From: Eledone cirrhosa
Taxonomy: Eukaryota
Assembly: GCA_964016885.1 (NCBI GenBank)
Contig: OZ024741.1
Span: 157,666,001 to 157,730,000, forward strand
DNA length: 64,000 nt
Direction: 5' to 3'
The position numbers and the translations under genes are program-made. The notes under the pieces were generated by a model, which saw only the letters and a list, made by a program, of their open reading frames with translations, did not search any database and had not been told where the DNA came from. This document shows positions 37,015-49,380 of this stretch, piece by piece; the stretch's first letter is position 1, and every line of letters begins with the position of its first letter.

Positions 37015-37490
37015 CTGCTGCAAACTACAAAAGGTTTTCCCCTCAAAATGTAAAGTAGACTGTATGATGCATGTATACGAACAACAATATTGCACAGTAG
37101 GGAGACCTGGGCACTGTGCAGAGAACCTGCAAAGATTGGAAAGAAATGAAGCCACCATGCTTCAATGGGTGTGTAATAGTAATATATGCAAACAGCAAAG
37201 CATAAATTAACTGACAGAAAAAATAGGCATAAGAGGGATAAGATACAGTGCACAGGAGAGGGGATTGCATTGGTATGGACATCTGATGCATATGAAGGAT
37301 GATAGCTGTATAAAAAGTTGCAGAACGCTCAAAGTTGACGGAAGCCATGGAGTGGGGAGACCTGGGAAGACTTGGGATGAGGTAATAAAAGCTCACCTTG
37401 CACAATTACAACTCTCTAAGGCAATGACACAGGACCGGGACCTTTGACACTATGCAGTAATACAGAAGACCCGCCCTCCCATATGCAGAA
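37015..37490 (+). mobile_element. RTE LINE family 1 C-terminal fragment
   Basis: KGFPLKM...LERNEATMLQWVC...LHWYGHLMHMKDDSCIK...GRPGKTWDEVIK. Confidence 0.8.
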
Positions 37491-37659
37491 GCTAGGCATA
37501 CATCTAGTATCCACCACCTTCCCTCCCATACACCTCCCTGTAATCACCCCCCCCCCATATTTGCCTCCCCAATTCCCCATGCACCTCTCACACCCAAGTC
37601 TCCAATCCAAAACATTCTTAACTTTTCTATTTTCTGCTTTCCTTCTTGTGAAGTGAATT

Positions 37660-38085
37660 GTCACCTAGCATCCTGGTAATGTTCTCTACTTCCTCCATTC
37701 TGCCATTCTTTTCTGTCATTTGGCCTTAATTGTTTCACCCTAATATTCCCCCACCAAGTCACTCTCCTTTTCCCTAGAGACCTGTTCCAGCCACATATTT
37801 TATTTGTTACATTCAGCAGATTATCTTTCAGGAACTCCCACTGCTCCTCTATATTATATGTCTCTACTTGTTCTTCCTTACTCTCAAGCAACATACCTCT
37901 AAATTTCTTATTAGTTTAGGGGACTTTTAATTTCCCTATGCTTTTCCTCCAAGTTGTCTTCTGTTGCCAAATTTGTCTAGCCCTAACTATAAGGTCACTA
38001 ACTAATAGGTTATGTTGGGAGGTGCATTCCTCACCAGGGAAGGACTTTGTGTTTACAACTGTCACTCTATCTCATCTTCTGGTGA
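37660..38085 (-). mobile_element. RTE LINE fragment (endonuclease-to-RT linker)
   Basis: VKSFPGEECTSQHNLLVSDL...W..LKDNLL.VT.KICGW...TWW. Confidence 0.65.
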
Positions 38086-38579
38086 GGATATATATATCCT
38101 ACATCGGACTTTCCACACCCTACTCCCAATTCCTCTGTCATTGTCGGTTCTGTAGCCTAGACCATGATTTTGAGACCCAGTCCCAACACATGGCCTCCTG
38201 TTTCATCCAACATGGATATCCCTCCACACATTCATGCTCTTTATAAAAAACGATCTTTTCGGCTAGACGACTTCGATCACCACCTTTTAAAATAAGAACA
38301 ACTGATTTTCTTATACACCAATGCCAGATTCAACAGTTTTCCAAGAGATGGCAACTTGAACAGATCTTTTTATTTTCTTAGGAATTTTTTCTTTTTTTGT
38401 TTCTGTCACTGCCCAACTCTCCTCTATCTTTCTATTTCTTCTTTAATTTCTCATTCTATTTTCTGGTGAAGGACTAACATTCAAAACATTAAGACTCTTT
38501 TCCTACTATATGAAGCATAAAACTAATACATTTTTTTTCATTGTTCAGTGTCGTTTGGTTTGATATTTCTGTGGAGAGA

Positions 38580-38963
38580 TGCTGTGCTGAATAGGACCCG
38601 TCCAACCCTTGCAAGCAGGGAAAACCGGACGTAAAATGATGATGATATTACAGGTACAAGCTGAAGCATATAGACAGTATGCCCCCACTCCCTTCTACTG
38701 TAAAGTGGTTGTGTAGGTGTCACGACAAAAAAGCACCCAGTCCACACTGTAAAGTGGTCATGTAGGTGTCATGGTAAAAAAGCACCCAGTACTCACTGTA
38801 AATGAGGTTGGTGTTAGGAAGGGCATCCAGCTGTAGAAATCAAGCCAAAATCAGTTCTGTATGAGCAAGACATGGTCACCTGATCTGCATTGCCCACAAC
38901 AGGACAACCGTCTAACCCATGCTAGCATGGAAGAATGGACGTAAAACGGTGATGATGATGATG
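38580..38963 (+). mobile_element. RTE family 1-type 3' ends (two stacked) with (GAT)n tails
   Basis: ggttggtgttaggaagggcatccagctgtagaaa; ends gacgtaaaacggtgatgatgat. Confidence 0.7.
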
Positions 38964-39300
38964 GTATATATATATCATCCCATAACTCCTGATAGAGTTG
39001 TAGGGGTGCCATATTGATATACAGTGTTTCTATGGCATTTTCTAAACCTGGTGGAGCCCATCCCTCTCCAGGTCTGAGTATAGCAGATTTCTTCCAGAGA
39101 AAGATAGAAAGTGAGAGAGAGGAAACGAGAAAGAGATATAGAGGAAGAATCAACCCCAGTACCAGACTTTTTTTATCAACCATGAATGGATGAAAGGTAA
39201 AGTTGAACTCAGAGAGCAGAGAACATTCTATCCGATGTTCTAATGACTCTCCCAATTCACTGCCTTATAAATACATATACATATATATAAATACATATAC

Positions 39301-41130
39301 ATCATCATCATCACCGTTTAACGTCCATTTTTCCACACTAGCATGGGTTATACAAGTTGTCCTGTTGTGAGACAAGCCAAATGAGATGAACATGTCTTGC
39401 TCATAGAGAACTCATTTGGTCTTGGATTCTGACTGGATGCCCTTTGCAACACCAACCACATTTACTCTATGTACTGGGTGTTTTTTTTATCATAACACCA
39501 AAATGACCACTCTACAATGTGGACTAGGCACTTTGTGTTGTCACCAACAAGATCAATTTACAGTGTGGACTGGGTGCTTTTTGTCAATGTACTAAACGAT
39601 CACTTTATAGTGTGGACTGGGGGCTGGTGTGGAGGAGATTGGAGAGGTAGATGTAGTTTAGGGGATTTATCTGGTAAAGTGTAGGTGTAGGGACGTGGGT
39701 GAAGGGTGGGATGTCAGGATGTGGGAGATATATGGAAGAGATAGGTAAATGTAAGGGAAAGTGGTGTATACTAGGTATGCTTCAACCCTTGCCCATGGGA
39801 AGGTGAGTTTTCCACATAACTGCTTAACACCAGAGATCTCCATCCTGTGTGATTGACTTTAAGAAGTGCAAGGTCAACTTTTATTACCTCATCTCAAGTC
39901 TTCTTACTCCATAGCTACCATCAACTTTGAGCGCCCTTCACCTTTTTATAAAGCTGTCATCCTTCATATGTATCACATGTCCATACCATAGACATCACAT
40001 GTCTATTACACATTCATTGAAGCATGCCAGTACTGTGTGCAGAAGACCTGTGAAGATTGCTGTTTGTGTACATGTATCATACAATCTACCCTTCATTTTG
40101 ATGGAAAAACATTTTATAGCTAGCAGTGGTAAAACTCTCTGAACTTTTTCCATCCCATTCTCATTCTGGTTATTGTACTTTCAGAACTCCCACCTCCTCT
40201 GTTAATTTGGTTACCTAGGTAACAGAAGTTGTCAATTGCTTCTTTGGAACCATCCAAGAATTTAATAGTGCTTGTTTCCTGTGAGCATTTTCTGCTAACT
40301 ACTCCTGTGCAATGGCCACATGTAAAACCTATGTACTTGGCTAACCTGCCTGAGAGTCTGTGTACCCATAGTTTGCATTTTAAACAGAGGATGGAATTTC
40401 TATATAGTGAGCTAAGCCATTTCCCTGTTGGGGTCTGGACCTTGTTTTCCTTCCTGTTTACTAGGACTTTAATCATCACCACATTGACTTTAAGACCTTT
40501 TGATTCCAGGTTATGAATACTTTTTTAATTTCCATCATAGATTCAGCTATGATAGTTAGATTATCAGCATACATGACGTCCTGTTTTAAACACTTCTGTT
40601 ATAGCCTGGAGGATGATTATAAACAGGAGAGGGTAAAGGATGGAGTCTTGGTGGACACCAACTTGCACATTAAACTCTTCACTATAGTAATTATTAATTT
40701 AAACCTTGCTAACTGCACCTCTGTACACAGACTGTACTGCCCTCACAAACCACTTTTCCACTCCAAGTTTCCTAAGTGCCTGCCAGATTACAAATGGGTG
40801 ACCCTGTAAAAAGCTTTTCCTAGGTCAACAAATACCAAGTAGTGGGGTTTGCTTTTAGCTAGGTTTTTCTCCTACAGTTGCTTCACAAGTGGTACTTTTA
40901 ACTGGCACAAATTCGAACTGCATTTCATCTAGGTTAATTCGATCCCTAATCAGTTGTACAACACTTTCTGTACTTTCATGACATGGTAAATCAGTTTGAT
41001 ACCTCAATAGTTACCTCTGACTAGAGCATCACCTTTGCCCTTGTAGCACTCGATGATGCTACTGCTATGCCAGACATTGGGTATGGCACCATTTTGCATT
41101 ACTTGGTTTACAATATGGGTGGTTATACAT
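39301..41130 (-). mobile_element. RTE LINE family 1, older copy including RT core
   Basis: YKGKGDALVRGNY.GIKL, VDLGKAFYRV, VGVHQDSILYPLLFII, YADNL, GLKVNV..IKV, decayed PHD, FCYLG. Confidence 0.85.
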
Positions 41131-41199
41131 TGACAAACACATATGCACACTCACACATACATATATGTAGATAAATACATATTTATTATATATATAAAA

Positions 41200-41310
41200 A
41201 TGACTTCTACAAGACTAGAACTGTTTCATTGTATGAAATCATCAGGACATCTCTGCTGATTTCATTTGTAACTCTGGTACCCCACTCCCTGACAAAATTG
41301 GGCAATCTAC
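41200..41310 (-). mobile_element. Penelope-like pLTR fragment with hammerhead-like core
   Basis: Minus strand CCUGAUGAuuucauacaauGAAAcaguucuaguc. Same family as 42982-43130 and 50670-50800. Flanked by TA tracts. Stem I is not evident. Confidence 0.4.
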
Positions 41311-41360
41311 ATATATATATACACACACGTACATATATATATATACTAAGAAACATATAA

Positions 41361-41401
<41 letters not shown>

Positions 41402-41559
41402 AATATATATATACATACATAATATATAAACACACACATATACGTGTGAGAGTGGAGCATGCAAAATGGATTCGGTGAATCGGACGAGATATTTTCATTT
41501 TCAATTTAAAAGGATATTTATTGTAAATTACTGTTTTTAAAGTTTCTCTAAGATTACAT

Positions 41560-42525
41560 TTCAAAGACTTTCCGGTTGTTGATAGTAGCGAGATATGGCT
41601 ATTGTTTCTAGCGTGCAGAACTACAAACATATGAGCTGTTTTGCTGGCGAGAAACAGTAGTACGAAACTGCGGCCTGTAAAAATCCGACTGTAGTTACAC
41701 GCCCACTTTACCCAGAATTCTAGTCGGGAAGCTGCGGTGAGGCTTCAATGGTTTGAACGAGAGAGGAAATAAAGGAAAAAAGATTATTTATATACTTCAC
41801 ATATCACTCACACGTATATATATATACTGCAAAAAGTGTTATTTACCAATATCAACCACAAGAAGAGGCTGGATAACCCTAGAATATACTAAGGTCAACA
41901 TAAGATCTTTTAAAAAAAGATCCTACCGTTTGGGTCCCTGTTATACACGGGGGATGACAATTGACAGACAGTCTTTGACAAAAATATCACTCGCACAAAC
42001 TCGTCTATGGAGACTTGTTTTTAAACCCCAGGTTTAGTATTAAATATTTCATTTCCCTGGGGGGTGTTTATTGGCAGTCTTTGACAAACAAACCCTACAG
42101 ACTGGCTCAAAAACACGCCCGAAGAATCATTAAACACTATTTGAAGGTTTTTTTTATGCTACCGACCTCAGGTTTAGCATAAAATATTAATATTTATTTA
42201 TCATTGACTTTTACATCCCCTCCCTCCTAAAAAAGCAAAGAAAAAAAAAATACCAACGGACGAAACGAAACGTAAAACGAGGGAAGCCAACTAAGCAAGT
42301 CTTTGACAATTTCTTTCGTTGTCCTAGTAATATATATACACACATAATTATATCCATATATATATATTGTCAAATCATCGTTGTATTTTTTGTGGTTGTT
42401 TAGCGGCAGATTTTTAACTGAACGTTGCTATATATGTGATAATATTACCTACCGACTCTCAGGATATATATATTATATATATTACTTGTATGAAAAATTA
42501 TCATTATGGAAACATATCAAGGTAG
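41560..42525. promoter_or_regulatory. Candidate promoter/enhancer region
   Basis: TE-free and CpG-containing. TTCCGG (ETS-like), ACTACA/TGTAGT and TTACCCAGAATTC (ZNF143/Staf-like), three exact GTCTTTGACAA copies, and a possible donor AAG|GTAGGA near 42521. Confidence 0.3.
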
Positions 42526-42981
42526 GAATTTGGCACTATTATTTAATTTAATATGTTACAATTCATATATGAATATTGTGTCAATCATCATGTATATGTG
42601 TGTATTTATGTAATATATGTATGTAATATATATATGTATGTATCTCGAACCTATCTTGTATCTGTGTACGTAATGTATGTGTGCATCTATAATGTATGTG
42701 TATGTATTATGTATGTATATATATATATATATATATATATTGTGTATCGAATGTATGTATGTGTATGTATTATATCATCTTCGTTGGTGGAGGACTTTTA
42801 CTGTTCTGGTATTCCGGCAAATAAGAGAAGAAAGAAAGAAATGTAGAGATTTAACCCACTTTATCATTACTAGTTCTGTATTTTAAGCGTAGCGAATTGA
42901 ATCCGAAAACCAAGTCCTCGGCAACGCGACAGTATTTTTTTCGTTGTATATAAATATGTGTATAATTTTAGACACAGAGAT

Positions 42982-43130
42982 ATGACTTCTACAGGACTAG
43001 AACTGTTTCATTCGTATGAAACAGTTCTAATCTCGTAGAAGTCATTTCTTTATATAATAAAGACCCCTATACTCTACCAACGTATTGAGTACCTTTTTAA
43101 ACTGGTTACTCTCCGACACTAGTCGGGAAT
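42982..43130 (+). mobile_element. Mini fold-back element (30-bp arms, 4-nt loop, about 85-nt extension, then (TA)n)
   Basis: atgacttctacaggactagaactgtttcat-tcgt-atgaaacagttctaatctcgtagaagtcat. The extension matches the reverse complement of 50670-50760. Confidence 0.6.
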
Positions 43131-44689
43131 GTATGTATATATATATATATATATATCATCACCGTTTAACGTCCATTTTCCATGCATGGGTTAGACGGGT
43201 TGTCCACGTTGAGAGACAAGTCTTGCCAGAATTGGCCACGCCGTACCTTACTGACGGGACTGTAAATTTGGCCGGGGTTTTTACAGCTGGATGCCCTTCA
43301 TAACACCAACCATATTTACAATATATATATTCCAGCGTTGAGTTTGAAAAAAAATCAGAAAAATCAAACTAACTCTTGATACAAAAATAACCACCTGAAA
43401 CCACCCCTTCTTCTATGATATAAAACTGTTTATTTTAAAGTCTTTAAATTTATCTAAAAGCCTTCCATCATAATTTTAAGTAAGAACGTTTATGTTCTAA
43501 ACACCAGCTTGTAAGAAAGTTATATTTTACATGTATATCTTATATTTAATCTTTTATATTTGTTAAATGATAGATATACACACATACTATAGAGTTTGTA
43601 GAATAAAAAACAAATTTGTAAATAAAGCTATTACTAAAATACTTTTCTAAATCCCTCCAAGTGACTATTTTCAAAATTATTTGAAAATCTTAGACGGGTT
43701 GAAGCTACCTTTGAAGGATCCTCTATATGATCGCTTGCCCTGCTAGATGTAACAGCCAAATCTTTCTCAAATTACATGTCTGGCGGGAGGGAGAAAGAAG
43801 GAAATTATATTGATGTAGTCAGTGGTTATATGCTTCTAAACAGACGAGATGGTCACGGTTGAAGTGCTTTTGATTTGTCTGTTAGCCCAGGTCCTGCTTG
43901 ATTAAACAACGAAAAATAACCGAGAGAAATAGCAGCCAAATTCCTTCACATGAAACCCTATAATATTACGAATGGAAGGGGGCGTTGATTAATGTAGTCC
44001 TACACTCAAAAACCACAAAAGCATCAATGTTACAGAATCTGATTTGCGACTGTTGGCTGTGAAATCATCGAAAGTAATCGATGATAATGACTCGAAGCGA
44101 ATCAGCTATTTCATGTCATGACGGTATATTGCTTTGAGACAGGAATGAAGGTCATCCAATCACTTTTCCTTTCTATAAAATGGGTAATCTTTCGGTTTAA
44201 GATCACTGTAAATAACAAAATTTGGCAATGTTATTTGATTTATTTGTATAATGATTCGAGTCCGAATGATTTACTACCAAATAGACTGAATTATGAAATC
44301 AAAAATAGTGTGATAACAGGGGTACATTAAGTAAGCATTGGGAGTGGGGGTCGAATATTATTTAGGGTAGTAAAAAATTAAGTTGACCCCTTTTTAATTA
44401 TTGTGGAGTCGTTGGCTATATCCCAGTCAGCCCCATCTTATTCTGCCACTGTCCGTGTTGGCTTTAAAGAACAAGTTATTGGGACCCTTGTAATTTTGTG
44501 GGGCCACTGTCTAGGAATGTTCGATTTTTATAGACTATTCTGTACAAACATTTATATCGAAAGTTTACAGAGATTACCAAAAGTGTGTGATGCTAAATCG
44601 AAAGATTACCACCTAAGAAGGTATTGCATTGCTGCAATACCTTTGATCATAAGTTTGCTTTAACAAGGGATATAGCAAAATATGTTGCG

Positions 44690-44860
44690 ACTTCTGGTGT
44701 CCTTGGCCCTAGGACCACCTCCTTACTCACCATCATCGGCACCGAGTTGACTATCTGCATGTGTGAGCCTTGCGAGCTGGAATGGCTCTTCCAGCGCGTC
44801 TCCCTCGCCATCCTCCGGGGAAACGCCTTCTCTATTTTGTCCGCCGGGTGCGCGGGACCC
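44690..44860 (+). mobile_element. CRE-clade retrotransposon C-terminal fragment
   Basis: TSGVLGPRTTSLLTIIG...EWLFQRVSLAILRGNAFSIL. Confidence 0.7.
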
Positions 44861-45099
44861 CCCCCCCCCATTTGCTCATAATAGTGAAAGATGGGGAAAG
44901 TCGAAGAGACGGAGGCAGTGGGAGTTTGGTTCCATTGTGTTCAGACCTGGTGGCTATGTATATATTTATTTACTTCACCACATTAACATAACCATGTTGA
45001 TGATAAGCTTTAACATTGTCACAAAGTGTTTGAACAGTGTCGCTATTCATTTTAACGATCGATCTTTATTCATAACTGAAACCGTTCCTGGTTCTACTA

Positions 45100-45306
45100 T
45101 ACAAAGTTGTTTATTTTAAAGTGTTTATATTCATCTAAAAACCTTCCATCATAATTTTAAGTAAGAACCTTTAAGTTATGTTCCAAACATCAGTTTAATA
45201 ATGAGAATGTTAGTTATATTGTTAAATCCTTCCAAAGTCTTGATTGTTTTCGAAATAATTTGAAAATCTGTGGCTTTCATTTGACGTATGGTAACAAAAG
45301 GTTAAT
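45100..45306. mobile_element. TTAA/CCC-terminated MITE fragment (second piggyBac-like family; relatives at about 43400-43690, 52270-52460 and 53519)
   Basis: Ends ggtaacaaaagggttaa. Shared internal ccttccatcataattttaagtaagaac. Confidence 0.5.
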
Positions 45307-46204
45307 TAGTCATGTTCTATCACCGTATGTTACTAACTACGACATCTACAATTCTTTCTCGGATAGGTGGTGGTAATGGTGTAATGAATAGGTCATCTTT
45401 GGATTTAAGATCACGTCAGTTTTCTCTGTCGAGGAAACTGACGTTTTCCGCAATTTACTTTTAAGCAACTTTTGATATCCATTGACATTACAAGCCTTTA
45501 ATGTAATTTTGACGCATTTTCTTTGATATTAAACTACCCATTTTTAATCACATTTTATGTTCTTCAATAATAATTATGTATTATAATAAATCATCCAGTC
45601 TTCATCGTTGTAATTTGCTAAGTGTTACTAATTACTTTGTGATCTTAAATCGAAATATTACTCACATATATAATATGCCGATTTATCTATCAACCTCCCA
45701 CGCATATTGTTTGAACCATATCACTGTGAGGCCGTGTATGAGAAAGACAGGGTTATTGCTATAGTGGTCAACTGTGTCCTTGAAGAGATGGACACATAGA
45801 TAGGATAGATTCGTTGACAGATAGACGAACAGAGAAGTCATATAGATTGACCGATAGATACTTACGCACACACACGAACTCTCTCTCTCTCACCCACAGA
45901 GCAATAATAAAAAAGAAAAAGAGAAATAAAATTGCAATCATAAAATGAAAGTATATCGATCTATAAAATCGATTGGATTAAGTGAGGAAACAGTACGCAG
46001 CATTTTGAAGGTCACAGAAAAGCTATCTAATTAAAGATATATCATATACTATGTCTACTATTTATACTCGTGTTAAGTGAACTCAATTTTTTGTCGAAAT
46101 ATTTAATTTATCCACGTATTTCACGTATGTGAGAAACGGGCTTAGTCTGTTTAAGAGGTCAGTAGCTCCGATTAACTCTTAATCGTCATGTACCACATGA
46201 ACCA

Positions 46205-46500
46205 CGTTAGAAATGAGTCTTTAGTTTACTGAATCGCGTTAGAAATGAGTCTTTAGTTTACTGTAAATTTTCACAATGGTCTGTCCACCAGTAAAAAAGA
46301 AAACCTAACAAAAAAAAACTCTAAGCATTTGAATTAACAACACTTCCTTTATCACACAAACACCCACACACACATATATTGTGTGGGTATGTGTGTATGT
46401 AATAGTCAGCTGATTTTTGCTGTGGGCTGGGAGTGTGTGGAGGGAAATACTAGTGATCGATACGTGTGTGGAGGGAAATACTAGTGATCGATACGTGTGT
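46205..46500. repeat. Two local direct duplications (32-bp period at 46205-46263; 31-bp period at 46433-46500)
   Basis: cgttagaaatgagtctttagtttactg x2; gtgtgtggagggaaatactagtgatcgatac x2. Confidence 0.85.
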
Positions 46501-47106
46501 GTATATATAGATACACACAGTAAAAAAAGGGAAGAAAACACGGTTCAATCTAATCTGAAAGCTATTATTTATTTATGTTCATATACGGAACAAAAGCAGT
46601 ATGTGTGTGTGTACACACACACCTTTTTAAATAATCGTAGTTATGTTGTCTTATATATATAGATGTATATATGTATGTATACACATGTAAATATATATAT
46701 ATGTGTGTGTGTGTACACACCCAGATAAATGTATGTGTGTAGGAGTCACGTATCTTAAATGTGTGTTCTATGTCCTCCAATAGAAAGCGATATTATTGTC
46801 TCACGATACAAACACAATTAGGTAGGATAATTAGAGGTGAATCTTTGTTTTTAATTAACAACTATCTTCTATTATACTGTCACTGAAAAACGAAAACAAA
46901 GAATCTTTCGTTGTTTTTTTTCTCTAATTCTTTTTCCTTCTTTCATTCATTCGTAAACGATTCAAAATGAAAGTAAACGGCGGATATATAAAAGTAAATA
47001 ATGCGCCATAATCCTATTTTAAGGGTTTCATTAAGTGAAAGGGAAATATATACATACACACATATATCCAGCTACAAATGAAAATTGTAGTTAAAATAGT
47101 GTTATA

Positions 47107-47274
47107 CATGTAAAATTCCATTATAACGAATTTTTCAGTATAACGAATTATTTTCAGTCCCAGAGGTAATAAACAAACGCTCGGTTTGTTTCAGTCGATC
47201 CCGTTATAAAGAATTTTTCGTTACAACGAATTTTTCTAATACCCCGTGAATTTCATTATAACGGAATTTCATTA
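47107..47274. mobile_element. Tc1/pogo-type MITE
   Basis: Imperfect TIRs aaattccattataacgaa / ttcattataacggaattt, subterminal ttataacgaa repeats, TA flanks. Confidence 0.65.
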
Positions 47275-47285
47275 TATATATATAT

Positions 47286-47688
47286 ATATTAAAATACAAA
47301 TATTAATAAAATAGATGTTCTTTTGATCAATTACATTTTATTATACATATTTCGGATGTACAACAGTACGTCCTCATCAGACAAAATATAATGATACATG
47401 ACATACCCTGAGATGTTAAATGGTTAAGATTTACATTTACCTTGATTAAATCTTAACCATTTAACATCTCAGGGTATGTCATGTATCATTATATTTTGTC
47501 TGATGAGGACGTACTGTTGTACATCCGAAATATGTATAATAAAATGTAATTGATCAAAAGAACATCTATTTTGTTAATATTTGTATTTTAATATTAATAA
47601 CTCTGGAAAATTATTTATCGTAGAGTGCTTCCAATCTACTGTAAAACTAATTCTTTGATATATTCATTGAATCTTGTTTAACTCTTTA
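47286..47688 (+). mobile_element. Penelope-like fold-back element: 148-bp arms (47286-47433 / 47447-47594), 13-nt spacer, 94-nt extension, inside (TA)n
   Basis: The arms are reverse complements with one mismatch, and each contains a complete hammerhead. Confidence 0.72.
47485..47554 (+). ncRNA. Type I hammerhead ribozyme (mirror copy on minus strand at 47326-47395)
   Basis: Stem I auuauauuuugu/auaaaauguaau (12 bp). CUGAUGA at 47500-47506. Stem II GGA.GUAC-uguu-GUAC.UCC. GAAA at 47527-47530. Stem III UAUGUA. AUA triplet ends at 47538. Confidence 0.82.
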
Positions 47689-48125
47689 ATATATATATAA
47701 TTTTCGTTGACCCTTGCGGTATGCGGCCGACCTGTCGCACTTGGTGAATTGATGGTTGTTGTTTTTTTACTCTAGCTTTGATCAAATTATTTTGTGCATT
47801 TATTTGTGAGGTTCCTAGCAATAATTGCATTATATATTATGTTTATACTTTCATTCTGTAAGAATTATAAACAATTTGTAATGTTATTGATACAACTGTA
47901 AATAAAAGCTTGTATGTATGTATGTATGTATTTTTATAAAATGAGAGAGAGAAGAGACAAAGAATTAGATAGTTAAATGTACTGGAACATTTTTATAATT
48001 TTACTGGTTTCAGTCATTAGACTGCTGCCATGGTGTGGCACCGCCTTGAATTTAGTAATAATGTCGAACCCAGTACTTATGTTATAGACTTTTGGCAAGT
48101 TATAGGACATAAAAACGAACACAGA

Positions 48126-48128
<3 letters not shown>

Positions 48129-48163
<35 letters not shown>

Positions 48164-48251
48164 GCACGCACGCACGCACGCACGCTCACACGCTCACACG
48201 CTCACACGCTCACACGCTCACACGCTCACACGCTCACACGCACACACGCAC

Positions 48252-48308
<57 letters not shown>

Positions 48309-48337
48309 CTTTCTCTCTCTCTTTCTCTCTCTCTCTC
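48129..48337. repeat. poly(A) followed by (CACG)n/(CACACGCT)n/(CA)n/(CT)n compound microsatellite
   Basis: Direct inspection. Confidence 0.9.
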
Positions 48338-48739
48338 CAAAAGTGTGTTGCATACACGACGGACTGAATTCAAAAACGTGGTTACCAGGTGATTATCTTA
48401 ATTACAGTTTTGTTAGTAACTCTCCATGAAAAGGAAGCACAATGGCAGTTTTCTTGCGGCAGTGTATAAACACAAAATAAAGTGGTACTGCTGGTACATC
48501 AATTAAATGTAAAGTAGCTGGCATTAGGAAGGGTATCAAACTGTAGAAATCATGCTAAATATAGAACATATCAACAGTCTAGTCTTGGACTGTAGTTCTA
48601 TGGGAAAAAGAAAGAAAAGTAGGTAGTTGACGTTCCTCCATGTTAGGTTGAGTATTCAACAGTAAGTTATTTGGAAAATTAAAATAAAAACTCCATCAAA
48701 TGCTCAAAAGATTCATTAGAAGTAGTAGATAGCACTTTA

Positions 48740-48850
48740 CTTTCTGAGTTCAAATCCCGCCGAGGTTAACTTTGCCTTTCCTCCTTACGGGGTTGATAAA
48801 ATAAAGCAGTAATGCACTGGGGTAATTGCTGGCCTTGTGCAGAAACAATT
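48740..48850 (+). mobile_element. SINE family A 3' half
   Basis: ctgagttcaaatcccgccgaggttaactttgccttt...ggccttgtgc-agaaacaatt. Confidence 0.75.
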
Positions 48851-48959
48851 ATTAGTAATGAAGGTGGATATACCAAAAGTGTTGTAGCCAAAGAATGGTG
48901 TGGAAGAAATTCAGGGAGCTGTTTACCTTTACTGCAAAGTGTGGTCAAATTATGATATT

Positions 48960-49380
48960 TGTGTTTTTACTGCTATACTGCATGGTAGTGAGAAGTGGGC
49001 AATGAATGTAGATTTGAAATGGAATGAAGCATACATATTTTTCTAATCCATGCTAGCGTGGAAGAACGGACGTAAAACGATGATGATGATAGTGTACATG
49101 AACAACAGAGCATAAATAAACTAAGAGAAATGCTGACTATAAGAAGAATCAGATGCAGTGTGTAAGAGAGCCAATTGTGCTGGTATGGACAGGTGATGTG
49201 TAAGGAGAGAAAGAGCTGTAAATGGAACCTATGTCTGATAGACCAGCGAAGACATGGGACGAAGTTGTAAAGAATGACTTCGAGAAACTTAATCTCGTGA
49301 AGATGACATAGGATTGTGATAACTGGTGACTTGCTGTGCTGAAAACAACCCAATTACCAGTACAAGCACAGTGATGCTAT
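48960..49380 (+). mobile_element. Old RTE LINE C-terminal fragment
   Basis: ILHGSEKW...LCWYGQVM...TWDEVVKND. Confidence 0.6.
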
